64,000 nucleotides of DNA from Octopus vulgaris (GCA_951406725.2 OX597825.1:17236001-17300000); one strand, 5' to 3'; shown: positions 1 to 13,031, counted from the stretch's first letter. A program made the numbers and translations. The notes: generated by a model from the sequence alone, not told the origin.

Positions 1-106
1 CAAAATTAAAAGAGAATGGATCACATTTAGTGTATTTGAGTTAGAAACAGGAAATGATGCGCTGCTGTAATTGATCTTTTAAAACTGATTAACTTTAAAT
101 CGTCAT

Positions 107-169
<63 letters not shown>

Positions 170-244
170 GTATGAATATATATACATACTTATATATCTA
201 TATGCATATATATACATACACAGACGTATGTATGTACATATATA

Positions 245-284
<40 letters not shown>

Positions 285-700
285 TATATGCATATATATA
301 TATATATATATGTATATATATGCATATATACATGTATATATATATATGTATATACATATATATATATATATACATATATATACATACATATATATATGCA
401 TATATATATATATATATGCATATATATGTACATACATACGTCTGTGTAAGTATATATATGCATATAGATATATATAAGTATGTATATATATTCATACGTG
501 TGTATATATATATATTTATATCTATATCTATATATACGTACGTATATACAGCCATGAATAAGTACATACTATATATGTATATATAAATCTCTCTCTCTCT
601 CACTATATATATATATATATATATATACATGCATATATATAAATATGTGTATGTGTAAACATGTGTTTGTATATGTGTATATGTGTATATGTGGGTGTTT
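107..700. repeat. (TA)n/(TATACA)n compound microsatellite containing an internal inverted duplication
   Basis: Direct reading; the non-TA core at ~165-250 is the reverse complement of ~414-500. Confidence 0.95.
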
Positions 701-1400
701 ATATTTGGCTCGGAATTTGAATCACTATAACTGAATCTGTTTGAAGCTGTTTATCAGTGATTATTAAATGTTGGAATCTTCTAACGCTACCTCACTTCAC
801 TGACTCAGTACACCTACAATGATACTAGACCACAGCTTCAAATATATACATTCAGCATTGCACTCTAATGATGTTACACTGATTTCTTGATTTACCACTT
901 ATCTCTTAGTATTCTAGCGGCAACGTTTTCGTACCATGAAACATAACCTGTTTTCTTTTAAATTCCACGAAGGCATATCGACTACTTCGATTTGTTGCTT
1001 TCAGTGAAAAATGGGAATGTTTGCATTGTTCAGATACAAATTTCATTGCCTAGATACGTGCAAACTATTGCCTACTGATGTCCGACAATTATATCTCATT
1101 GGGACGTGTTTTTAGAAGGACAACATATATGAGAGGCAGACGCACTAAGAATGACACGCAGAGTGCTATTTTAATCTAATTCTGCTTCTGTGACATATAA
1201 CGATGGTAATTCAGGTTATTTGCAGCAACAGGGGATCTTCACTCATCTTTTATGTATCTGTGACAAAATATTTTGCTATTGGCCATAACTATATAATACT
1301 GACAGCGGCCATTGGTGTAGAAATGGATTTTCTTAACTCACTGAAGGGCGATTTCTGGATGCCACTTATTATGCATTTTGGTTTTAATCACACTCTCTAT

Positions 1401-1798
1401 CTCTTTACTCTCTTTTACTTGTTTCAGTCATTTGACTGCGGCCATGCTGGAGCACCGCCTTTAGTCGAGCAAATCGACCCCGGGACTTATACTTTGTAAG
1501 CCCAATACTTATTATATCGGTCTCTTTTGCCGAACCGCTAAGTGACGGGGACGTAAACACACCAGCATCGGTTGTCAAGCAATGCTAGGGGAACAAACAC
1601 AGACACACACATATATATATATATATATACATATATACGACAGGCTTCTATCAGTTTCCGTCTACCAAATCCACTCACAAGGCATTGGTCAGCCCGGGGC
1701 TATAGCAGAAGACACTTGCCCAAGGTGCCACGCGGTGGGGACTGAACCCGGAACCATGTGGTTGGTTAGCAAGCTACTTACCACACAGCCACTCCTGC
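1401..1798 (-). mobile_element. tRNA-derived CORE-type SINE, family A, full length
   Basis: Minus strand begins GCAGGAGTGGCTGTGTGGTAAG (A box) ... GGTTCAGTCCC (B box) ... CCTTGGGCAAGTG (CORE-like), has an internal TA/TG tract and ends AAGTAAAAGAGAGTAAAGAG; many paralogs in window. Confidence 0.9.
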
Positions 1799-2392
1799 AT
1801 ACATAAGAAATATATCAGGAGGAATGTTGCCGTAAGCCTCATCTTTCGCAATGAATATACATTATATGTGATACATAGGTGACTAATTTAATCTAGTATT
1901 GCTATTCTTGTGTTTAACAGCTACAGGTATGTATACATAATCATAATCAGACACATATACACTCTCACACACACACATATGGGTGATGAATGAAACAACT
2001 ATGATCTCGGAGGTCAGTTAATCAAACTCAGAAGAAGTCCTCTCAATATAAGGTTATGATACTCCTGCTCGTGATCAGAGATGCTCTAAAAGATATGCTG
2101 TACTAGTTATGGTCTAGCAACAGAGATGCAAATTTGGGGTATTGATCGAAATATTTTCTGGAGACCAACTTTTAAACCAGGACAAAATATGCAGACGTTA
2201 ACACTTACCAGGCAGTGGATGTCAAGGATTCTGATCTGAACTGATTGGAAGTGTGAAAATGTGCATTTGGCCCGATGTAAAAACAGGCTTCAGCAATGGA
2301 GAGGGACGTCATTCCTCCACGTGATCGGTTTGAAAAGTTTATAAACTGGTATGGAAGTGTGAAAATTAGTTACCATTTCCACCCCATAGTAT

Positions 2393-2433
2393 ATAATAAT
2401 AATAGTAATAATAAAAATAATAATAATAATAAT

Positions 2434-2511
<78 letters not shown>
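2393..2511. repeat. (AAT)n(AAC)n(AAT)n microsatellite
   Basis: Direct reading; source of the poly-N and poly-I/V ORFs. Confidence 0.97.
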
Positions 2512-3145
2512 TCTCAAACATTTCATTATATTTTCGTTTGTTTAATTTTATTCTGTTCGTTTGTTTTAATTACCATAGTTGGTATGAATACTAAATGGGC
2601 TATCAGTGAGAAACTATATTTCGAAATGAAGTAGAAAAAAATGTGAGACTTTTATGTTTAATGCATGTGTGGTTATTAGAAGTTAAAAACAAATGTCTTT
2701 AAATGTCTGGGAGAAAATTCAGTTACTGACGCGGATAGAAGCAGTACTTATCGAAAGGTTCCGAATAAACTGGTCGGGTGTGGGATGATATTAATATATG
2801 TTCCTATTTTTATAAGCACGAAACCAATGATAGCCTTAATATAGAAATAAAGAAATGCTATCCCCTATGCGGTGTTCAGCACTCATTTTTATCGTTCGGC
2901 ATTTAGGTGTATATATATAGATATATATATATATAGGGGAGGAAAACATAATAAGGCAGAATGTTAAACTGAAAGTAAATTTTAATAAAAATGGGTGTAC
3001 TTTTTGTATTTTAAAAATTTAAAAACATTTTTCATACACACATTCTTATTAAAATTTACTTTCAGTTTAGCGTTCTGGCATATTATTTTTTCCTCTCCTA
3101 TCATTTCTCCACGTGAGGTTAACACAACCCTAACATTTACTGACT

Positions 3146-3213
<68 letters not shown>

Positions 3214-3218
<5 letters not shown>

Positions 3219-3445
3219 CTTTACTACTCACAAGGGACTAAACATAGAGGGGACAAGCAAGGACAAGCAAGGGAGTAAGTCGATTACATCGACCCCAGTG
3301 CGAAACTGGTACTTAATTTATCGACCCAGAAAAGATGAAAGGCTAAGTCGATCTCGGCGGAATTTGAACTCAGAACGTAACGGCAGACGAAATACGGCTA
3401 CGCATGTCGCCCGGTGTGCTAACGTTTCTGCCAACTCGCCGCCTC
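3214..3445 (-). mobile_element. SINE family B (Deu/Nin-like central domain)
   Basis: Reverse complement of GGCGGCGAGTTGGCAGAAACGTTAGCAC...GAGTTCAAATTCC...GCCTTTCATC...GGTCGATAAATTAAGTACCAG. Confidence 0.85.
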
Positions 3446-3506
3446 ATAATATATATATATATGTATGTATGTATGTATATGCATGTGTGTGTGCTTGTGT
3501 GTGTGC

Positions 3507-3568
<62 letters not shown>

Positions 3569-4336
3569 GTATAAATGTATGGGGAGATAGGTAGACACGT
3601 TACTTTTATATGTGCGCAGTTGTAATATTTCGAATAATAGCAGGACATATCCTTAGATATTTTATCCTTTTAAATATATTCAAGATCTTTATTCACGTTC
3701 GCAGCGTAGCCTAATTTCGATTTTCCGTAATCTACGAAAGACTAATATATCAAATGTGTAACAACAAATTAGGTGAAGTAAATGAAAATCAATGTTGATC
3801 TCCCGAATAATACCTTGCTTCATGAATAAAATAAAGCATTAATGCAGAAAACAAATATAAAAAATAAATAAATAATGATGAATATACTTAGGAAAATAAG
3901 AGTACTAATAAATAAAGCCCAGTTTCTAACAAATACTTACAGTGTATTTAGAAATCTGTATAATTAATGTCTATTGTGGGAACTCGGACTAGACGAAACT
4001 TATCATTTATTTATCGCAAGAAGTCATTGTAACTTGTTGGCTGACATTGTTTATAGATTCAGTTCTGTACATTTTTACACACTTTTCTCTATTATAAGTG
4101 AAAAGTATATACAAGGCAAGTTTCAAATCGATATATTGTCGATTACTATCTAAAGCTAATTGCTTTGTTAATAATAAAAAAAAATGATTATATATTCATT
4201 TGAGAAAATATGTGTGATTGTGTGAAAATTAATTTAATGGTGAACAAGAAAAATGCAAAGACGTATTGGATTTTTAATGCAAGTAAAACATACTTACTGA
4301 AAAGTCCAAGATTCAGCTAAGTGAAATATATTTAGA

Positions 4337-4733
4337 CTAGCAATATCGCCCGGCGTTGCTCGGGTTTGTAAGAGAAATAACTATATAAGCATTTTTAGAG
4401 AGTTATAGCCAAAATAGCAAAATAGCAAAAATGCATTAAAAATGGAAAAAAATGATGGTAAATTTTTTTTAAATCGTGACTCATCGTAGACATTTTTAGA
4501 GAGTTACTTCCCTTATATAATAGCGAAAAATGCATTAAAATGGAAAAAAATGATGGTAATTTTTTTTTAAATCGTAGACTCATCGTAGACGCGCGCTAAT
4601 ACCCAGAATGGCTCGATATGAATGACGACTATAAGATACCCGGTTTTAGTTAAACTGCACCGCAAAATGTGGGAGTAGTTAGGAATCTAAATCGTAGGAG
4701 ACAGACACACAACTTGACTTTTATATATAAAGA
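4337..4733 (-). mobile_element. Complete non-autonomous Helitron (~397 bp)
   Basis: Minus strand reads A|TCTTTATATATAAAAG ... CCCGAGCAACGCCGGG (subterminal hairpin) CGATATTG CTAG|T: 5'-TC, 3'-CTAG, inserted between A and T, no TSD; internal ~100-bp tandem duplication at ~4390-4590. Confidence 0.85.
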
Positions 4734-5141
4734 TTTAACGACTGGGAATTCTTCAGTACTTTTACACGGAAGTAAATCCTAACCAGCACGTCCTTTTTTT
4801 TAAAATTCTATCTGTATGGTTTTCTCATTGTCTATTAATAAATAGAATTGCAAGTCCGAGAGGCGTTATCAGTAATGTTCAAGTCTCTCGGTAGCGATAC
4901 TGGCTTACCTATGTACACAAATGGAAAAAGTCAGTCAAGCAGCAGAATCAATTAAATCGACCAAATTCTCCCTCACTTGATATATGTGGAACTGTGTCTA
5001 TATTGTGAATCACTGTTTAATATAAATCGTTTAATCAGTTACCGTATCATAAGGATCCATCTATACTGTCATTAAGAAACACCAACTACATTGGCGTTGA
5101 GCAGATGAGAAGGAATATTACCGATTATAAAATAGTTATAA

Positions 5142-5412
5142 ACATAGGCGCAGGAGTGGCTGTGTGGTAAGTAGCTTGCTTTCCACACACATGGTTCCGG
5201 GCAAGTGTCTTCTACAATAGCCTCGGGCCGACCAAAGCCTTGTGAGTACATTTGGTAGAGGGAAACTGCATATATACAACGAGCTTCTTTCAGTTTCCCT
5301 CGACCAAATGTACTCACAAAACTTGTCGGCCCGAGGCTATTGTAGAAGACACTTGCCCGGAACCATGTGTGTGGAAAGCAAGCTACACCACAAACCACTC
5401 CTGCCCTATGTA
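5142..5412. mobile_element. Two family-A SINE heads arranged as a fold-back
   Basis: 5142-5268 (+) and 5291-5412 (-) are near-perfect reverse complements, and both lack the same B-box segment. Confidence 0.9.
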
Positions 5413-5438
5413 TATATATATGTATATATATGTATATA

Positions 5439-5499
<61 letters not shown>

Positions 5500-5654
5500 A
5501 ATAATAAAAGGGTAAAATTAATTAACTATCTATTAATAATTTTACCAAGTAGTGTTCAGTATGTAAAAAGACCATTTACGGCATATTTAAAACATTACGT
5601 TATATAATTAGGGTTCAGTAAAACAAATTACTTTACCACACACCGAACTTTTAG

Positions 5655-5835
5655 AAATAGCGGCCAAAAATTTTAGCTATTTCCCCTACTATAAGAAAAG
5701 TCTCCCAGACAATGTATACTCAAAAATACTCTCTATTTTTCTCTCTATACTTGCGTGAATTATGTTTGAGTATACATTGTCTGGGAGACTTTCTTATAGT
5801 GGAGGAATTAGATAGATCTTTTGGCTGCTATTTCC
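5655..5835. repeat. Fold-back inverted repeat (~70-bp arms), probably a retroelement terminus
   Basis: ...actataagaaaagtctcccagacaatgtatactcaaa and tttgagtatacattgtctgggagactttcttatagt... Confidence 0.8.
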
Positions 5836-5984
5836 AAAAATTTTAAAAGAATTTTGGGGAAAATTTTCGAAATAGTTTTCAAAAATTTTGGGGAAAATTT
5901 TGAAAAAATTTTTCAAAAGTTTTTGGGAAAAATTTTCGAAAAAGTTTTTCAAAAATTTTGGGGGAAATTTTCAAAAATTTCCCC
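5836..5984. repeat. ~34-bp homopolymer-rich tandem repeat, about 4 units
   Basis: Repeating aaaaattttggggaaaattttcgaaaaagtttttc. Confidence 0.8.
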
Positions 5985-5997
5985 TATCAATCTATCA

Positions 5998-6085
<88 letters not shown>

Positions 6086-6096
6086 GTCTGTCTATC

Positions 6097-6193
<97 letters not shown>

Positions 6194-6201
6194 ATCGATC
6201 C

Positions 6202-6252
<51 letters not shown>

Positions 6253-6345
6253 CATCTATCTATCTATCTATCTTTATGTCTGTCTGTCTATCTATCTATC
6301 TATCTATCTATCTATCGATCGATCCATCTAACTATCTATCTGTCG
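5985..6345. repeat. (CTAT)n microsatellite
   Basis: Direct reading; source of the (SIYL)n ORFs. Confidence 0.97.
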
Positions 6346-6570
6346 GTCTCTGTGTCTGATTGACTGTTTTCCGTATCTCCGCCTTCTCATCCTTCCTATA
6401 CATATGTGTGTATGTACGTATTAACGTGTATGTGTGTGTGTATATACATATAATTGTGTGTGAGTGTGTGTACACACACACACTCTCTCTCACACACAAA
6501 CACACACACACACACACGGGTGTGTGTGTGTGTGTGTGTGTATGACTGTGTATGTACTAGCATCTGTATG

Positions 6571-6845
6571 AAGGCGAGCTGGCAGAATCATTTGCACGCC
6601 GGGTAAAATGCTTAGTGGTATTTCGTCTGCCGCTATGTTCTGAGTTCAAATTCCGCCGAGGTCGACTTTGCCTTTCATCCTTTCGGGGTCGATTAAATAA
6701 GTACCAGTTTCGCACTGGAATCGTTATAATCGACTTAATCTGTTTGTCTGTCCTTGTTTGTCCTCTGTGTGTTTAGCCCCTTATGGGTAGTAAAGAAACA
6801 CGTATTTCTTCTGCCGCTACGTTCTGATTTCAAATTCCGCCTATG
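6571..6845 (+). mobile_element. SINE family B followed by a partial re-duplication
   Basis: AAGGCGAGCTGGCAGAATC...GCCTTTCATCCTTTCGGGGTCGA...GTAAAGAAA, then the gtatttc...caaattccgcc segment again. Confidence 0.85.
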
Positions 6846-6861
6846 TCACTTTCACTTACTT

Positions 6862-6943
<82 letters not shown>

Positions 6944-7072
6944 TATATTAAATTCGAGATAAAACCATTATTAGGCAAATCAAACAATGAAAAACTTAAG
7001 CCAATACATAAAATTAATTAATTTATATTATTTGAAATATATATCAAAATTTAATAAAAGATAATGAGTAAA

Positions 7073-7144
7073 ACACTACGATCGTTTCATGGCTGTCCAA
7101 TTCTTAATAATTCGAGTTATGGTTACAGTCAATCTTCAGGTGAT
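7073..7144 (-). ncRNA. Minimal type-I hammerhead ribozyme in a PLE-type terminal repeat
   Basis: Minus strand: UCAC-CUGAAGA-[UUGACUGU...ACAGCCAU stem II]-GAA-ACGAUCGU-A^-GUG; intact core, palindromic stem III, GUA cleavage triplet. Confidence 0.75.
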
Positions 7145-7442
7145 TCAAATATCTAAAATATAATCAGAAATATTTAAACAATATTTTAAAGATATAAATA
7201 ATATAATAATTTTACATATAATAAACTCTATTATCAAACTAGAAACATAGAACTTAACAATTTATATTATATCAATATATATATATATATATATATATAT
7301 GTGTTCTAGTTTTATTGAAGGGACTAGATTACTTTGAAATAAATTCTTTAGAATATTTTATTACATACTGGTCCAAATAACCGCACTTGGGAGACGTACT
7401 GTGAATACATTTTGTTCAGTGCAGTTCGATATAATACATGCA

Positions 7443-7497
<55 letters not shown>

Positions 7498-8329
7498 TCT
7501 AGATCTATTCAAATGTTAATATTGATATTTTTTCTGGTCAATTTAATGTTGAATTAACATTGTTGTAGTAAAGAGCACGTGTTGATGTGGTTGTATTTTG
7601 TCTCTATCAGAAATTAAGTACATTTCATTGGTTTTAGTTTACTAGAATTTTTCTTTTACTGCTAGTCAGAGACAGTTATTATGTAAATATTTAAGTAATC
7701 ATAAATAAATACAAACACTTGATATTCATGCAGCAATTCAAATAGCCTAGTGTGAAACTTTTACAGTGTAAAAATCGAATTGTATTATGATTGTCGTTGT
7801 TGCTGTTGCGGTTGTTGTTATTAATATTATTATTGAAACTCCTACACAGTGTGATCAAACTTTTCTAAAACATCAGAAATATGTTATACGTATATATTTT
7901 AAATATAAAACAGTACCGACGAGTTTCAGTTTAAAAGAGCAAAAAACGAAAGTATATTCAGAGAAATATGTTGTGGAATTTAACATTCATTAAGTTATTT
8001 ATGCTTAGAAAATGGTGTTTCCGAAATATGATGCCTCTTAAAGAGGCTGAAAAAGGATAGAAATCAAGGAAAAAGATAGACAAGAGTTTTATCTTTTGGG
8101 TAAATTGTTCATCTTCTTGTAAAATTCCATATTAAATAAGGATTCACATATATCAATAGAAACTTAATGAAGTGAACTGCAATCGAAGTTGCAAAGGCTT
8201 AAGGGGGTAGTTTTGAAAGATATACTGCTCACACTTAAAAAAAAAAATTTATACAAGAAAGTGATATTCCTATCTGTTAAAAATCTTACTCAAAATTATT
8301 TTACTATATGGATTCGAACCATTCATATC

Positions 8330-8522
8330 GGTTTCATATTTTGGCACAAAGTTAGCAATTTCAGGGGACGGATCTAGTCCATTACATTGACCTCAGTACT
8401 CAACCGGTACTATTTTATCGATCTCGAAAGCATGAAAGACAAGGTCAACCTCGACACAATTTGAACTCAGAACGTAAAGATGGATGAAATGCCGCTAAGC
8501 ATTTTGCACAAGCCCACCCTCT
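8330..8522 (-). mobile_element. Diverged SINE family B
   Basis: tttgaactcagaacgtaaag and ttttatcgatctcgaaag motifs. Confidence 0.75.
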
Positions 8523-8699
8523 TATGAATTCGAACCATCCATATTCTCAATTAAACATAACATACTCAGATCGCAGTTATAGCAAAGCTAACCAGACAGT
8601 GGATTGCTCTGGGTACTAAATATCATAAAAGAAAGCTTTGCTGTTTTCCTTTTATATGGAATAACTACAGACGGTCATATGTCCATTAGAATCTGACAC

Positions 8700-9200
8700 A
8701 TTTCATTCGCATATATTTACCATCAGAACACGATCGTCTTACTTCCAGCCACAATTATGGCAACATGCACTAGGGTAGGGGTATCAGGTATGCCGTTTAA
8801 TAATCGATGACAATACAATTGCCGCATTCAGTTTACACAGCTCACATATCCTCTATGTTCTCTGGACATAGTAACAGGTATCCAGCACCTTGATCATCGG
8901 TAATACAAAAGGATGCACATTTTGCAGTTATGGTATCGTTAGAAGCTACTGCAGATTACAGCTTACACAAAATGCAACTTAATATACAGCCACAAACCAA
9001 AAGCCACTGAAGTTTACGTTTATCCATCCCTCTTCATCTTCGTCGCCTGAAAGGACTTTTCAGATGCCTGAAGTCAATATACCTAAAGCAATAAACCAGT
9101 TTCTGACAGTTCTTTAGAATATTTTGTTTTTTCATGTTGTTCCAACAGGAATCGTGATTTCTGAACTCCTTGGCCAATGCCATTTCTAAACATGAATCAA
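8700..9200 (-). pseudogene. Highly decayed DNA-transposon ORF fragment, possibly AcademX/XPG-like
   Basis: Frameshifted minus-strand peptides FRNGIGQG, YLLLCPENIE and YPYPSACCHNCGWK resemble F.GIGK, LPPC and P.PSP..GW motifs; eye-level similarity only. Confidence 0.25.
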
Positions 9201-10289
9201 TTAATTAATATTGATAGCCGAGGATTTACATAACGTAACTCTGCGAATGCATTTGTATACGTTGCTCTTTTGTACTAACATTTGCTGGTATTTTATACGA
9301 TTTGAAATACTAGTTTATATTAAACATGAACTTCTCTTTAATATTACATTGACCTACTAGCTTTATATCGCTTTGATCTACTGCTTCATAACAATTTAAA
9401 CTGATGTTTTAAAACTCGTTCAAACGCTATTTTACATTCACCAGTAAAAACACCGCCACTTAGACCAGAGAGTTCTGTATAGTACAAATGAAAGCAAAAA
9501 AATCCAAAAAACAAGAAATAAACAATTTTACATAAATAAATACAATTACTGCATATTTTGTGTTCATGAAAAAAGTCACTGCTATAGTCTGAACATGTAT
9601 TTTTTGTATGCATTGTTGTGTGATTTTATTTGCAAGCTTTGTATTTTTTCCAGTTGCATAACAGTCTATATAAATCAATGAAATTTTTTGCAAGGTACGT
9701 CGTCATTTAGTCCGATATATGCCGTCTATGTTATAAAAAATAATTCCTAATGTAATATAAAAACATATATATTTATACGCATTTCGAAAGAAATATGTGC
9801 CTCGGTTATTGATTTGCTATTGTATCATACTTTGTTGGAACAAATCATATATATATATATATCCAAATATAAAGATATACCTACGCGTTTGTGTGAGAGA
9901 AAGACAGAGAAGGGGATAGGAGAAAGAAAATATCTGTGGTAGCTATATATTCACTCGTGCTGTGTAAGAAAGCAGTATATATATTCGTTACTTCCACACC
10001 AAAGTTAAGTTTACGTTTAGGAAACTTACAGAATTTATCACGATCACAATTTATCCAAAGATGTTTTCAGTGAACTAAAATACTAATCCTAAATATTAAT
10101 TGATCGGTAAACGGGTAGAATCGATACTTGATTCCTGGTTAATTTTTCGTAACACTTAGTCAACTATGGTCAATCTGCGAGGACTGAATTCATGAAGTAC
10201 TCCCGAAAAGCCTCTAATTAAGAGACAAATCTTCCTGAGCTGTTCGGCAATTCGTACTTCTTTCTGGTTTAACCCTCCAACCCGGAGTA

Positions 10290-10610
10290 TAGACCACTTA
10301 TAGTTTAATTCCATGTCGCATAAGTTTTCGCTTCTGTACTTATACTCTGCGATGAATGTCCCTCTTTCTCTAGTTCCTTTTGTGTTGATCTACGCCACGA
10401 ATTCTTAGGCCTACTTTTTTTTCTATATCCATCCGGATTACACTGTAAAGCACTTTTCGCTACATTTGGTATGTCTTTTCTAATTGCGCTACTAATCCAC
10501 TTCCACGTTTTCTTAAATATTTGCTCCCTAATCGAAACTTAATTTGTTCTTTGCCATAGCTCCATATTGTAGTATATTTAAAATTAGATGGCCGGAACAC
10601 ATAAGCAATT
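10290..10610 (-). mobile_element. Decayed RTE-clade LINE 3' fragment
   Basis: Minus strand encodes KTWKWISSAIRKD..AKSALQCNPDGYRKKSRPKNSWRRS, like the RTE C-terminal W.GH.LR...ALQWNP.G.R.RGRPK.TWRR motif. Confidence 0.7.
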
Positions 10611-10765
10611 CGTACTATTGAAAGTTTAATGTGATTTAATCACGATATTTTTCTTTCAATTTGTCTGTACACTCGCACACACATGCATATACACGTGCTT
10701 GTGCGTGCACGCGTGAGGGTTTTATTGCGTCGGTATAATGATGTCTGTATAATGTCGGTATAATG

Positions 10766-11340
10766 AAGGCGGCGAACTGGCAGAAACGTTAGCACGCCGG
10801 GCGAGATGCTTAGCGCTATTTCGTCTGCCGTTACGTTGTGAGTTCAAATTCCGCCGAGGTCGACTTTGCCTTTCATCTCTTCGGGGTCGATTAAATAAGT
10901 ACCAGTTACGTACTGGGGTCGATGTAATCGACCTAATACCTATGTCTGTCCTTGTTTGTCCCCTCTGTCTTTAGCCCCTTGTGGGTAATAAAGAAATAGG
11001 TATAATGATGTCTGTATAATGTCGGTATAATGAAGGCGGCGAACTGGCAGAAACGTTAGCACGCCGGGCGAGATGCTTAGCGCTATTTCGTCTGCCGTTA
11101 CGTTGTGAGTTCAAATTCCGCCGAGGTCGACTTTGCCTTTCATACTTTCGGGGTCGATAAATTAAGTACCACTTACGGACTGGGGTCGATGTAATCGACT
11201 TAATACCTATGTCTGTCCTTGTTTGTCCCTTCTATGTTTAGCCCCTTGTGGGTAATAAAAAAATAGGTATAATGGTGTCTGTCCTCGTTTGTCCCCTCTG
11301 TGTTTAGCTCCTTGTGGGTAGTAAAAAAAAATACGTATAA
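10766..11340 (+). mobile_element. SINE family B tandem array: two full units plus an extra 3' tail
   Basis: Units at ~10732-10998 and ~10999-11265 share flank and private variants; third partial tail to ~11340. Confidence 0.9.
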
Positions 11341-11635
11341 TGATGGACTCGGTCGCTCGCAACTCAAAGTGAATTACATGGTTGTAACTCACGGCGCGAA
11401 ACGTGTGACGTAGACTTGTAACAGCGAGGAGAAGCATACAACAATCATTTTCCTCCTAGCGACTAACATATGACAACTTAGAAGAGAGAATACTGCACCG
11501 CTGCTATCCTGCTAATTTGTCCATCAAATACGAGAAGGCGGCGAAATAAATTCAACTCGACGGGATTTGAAAATAGAGTTCATGAAGCCGAGACAACTTA
11601 GCCAATTGATTGTATGTCTGTATATACACGTAACT

Positions 11636-11938
11636 GGAGGCACATGGCCTAGTGGTTAGAGCACCGGACTCGCGGTCGTGGGATCGTGGGTTCGAATCTC
11701 AGACCGGGCGATGTGTGTGTTTATGAGCGAAGCACCTAAGGTCCACGCGGCTCCGGCAGAAGGTAATGGCGAACTTCTGCTGACTCTTTCGCCACATCTG
11801 TCTCTCATTCTTTCTTCCTGCATCTTGCAGCTCACCTGCGACGGACCGGCGTCCCGTCAAGGTGGGGAACCTATACGCCAAGGAAACCGGGAAACCGGCC
11901 CTTATGAGCCAGGCATGGCTCGAGAAGGAACAAACAAC
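11636..11938 (+). mobile_element. tRNA-derived SINE, head C with tail X
   Basis: GGAGGCACATGGCCTAGTGGTTAGAGC...GGTTCGAATCTC (A and B boxes); 3' part homologous to 63500-63595. Confidence 0.85.
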
Positions 11939-12445
11939 ATATATACGTAAAGACAGAGCGCTACTCATGTGCTGTCTGAATGAATACATGAACCATAGAT
12001 CAACAAATACATACACTAAATCCTCTTTGAAGTGGTCGGATTCACTGTTTCTCCATTCTATATTCTGCTTTTGAAACTATTTGTATACTGTTCAATACTA
12101 ACATCCTGGAAAGCGTAGAAAAATATTTGCAAATGTTGCTACCAACAGGATGTCTAATATTTTAGGTTAATGGACTAAGAAATTTTCATTTCACCGTTGT
12201 TATTATTTACTGAAAAACCCAAATCCCATGTAATATGAATCGTCTGAAAATGCATGTCGGATTCTCAATAGATCGAATTTGAGAAATTGCAGATTTCACT
12301 GAGAAATTCCAGATATGTTGCAAAAGCGACAGCGTAATTTTGCAACGAAATGTCCTGGAAGATGTCTACATTTCATCGTCTCAAATATCTTGGTTCATTT
12401 ATCAGCTAAGTTTAGACTGTGAGCGGAATATTTCACTTTTTACTG

Positions 12446-12502
<57 letters not shown>

Positions 12503-12516
12503 ACATACATATACAT

Positions 12517-12610
<94 letters not shown>

Positions 12611-12622
12611 GCATATATATGT
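12446..12622. repeat. (TA)n/(CA)n microsatellite
   Basis: Direct reading. Confidence 0.95.
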
Positions 12623-13031
12623 AGGTAAATGGATATGTATGTAAGGCAGATAGACATACAGATAGATAGGTACATATATCATATGAACAGAACAGCATAC
12701 ATAAGCACAAACATACGCAAATGAAGACTGAACGCATGGCCATATACACACGCACGCTTCACTCAAGGACACATATAGAGACATACATCTTTAGAGAACG
12801 GACGCACGTACGTAGTCACAAAATCCAACACATAGACATACTCAGACATGCACACCAAAGGAGACAAAGATACACACGCATATTCAAACGCATAAACACG
12901 AACACAGAAGCATGAATATGGAGACTACATACATAAAAATGTACACACATACATACATATACACATATGCATACACACACACAAACATGAATACACAGAT
13001 TCATGCATACATACATACATACATACATACA

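Noticed and set aside
95-630. Long ORFs rich in YI, HT, CV or SIYL repeats, here and throughout the ORF track
   Set aside because: They are translations of (TA)n, (CA)n and (CTAT)n microsatellites, which lack stop codons
2280-2391. Possible Tc1/mariner TIR end (gttaccatttccaccccatagta)
   Set aside because: No partner TIR or transposase peptide located
5836-5984. ~34-bp repeat as a CRISPR-like array or repeat protein ([11 protein letters not shown])
   Set aside because: No unique spacers and no cas genes; a homopolymer-rich minisatellite or possible low-quality-read artifact
11636-11710. tRNA-like sequence, also at ~45215-45288, 62487-62555 and 63354-63420
   Set aside because: These are SINE heads: no complete cloverleaf or acceptor stem, and they continue into SINE bodies
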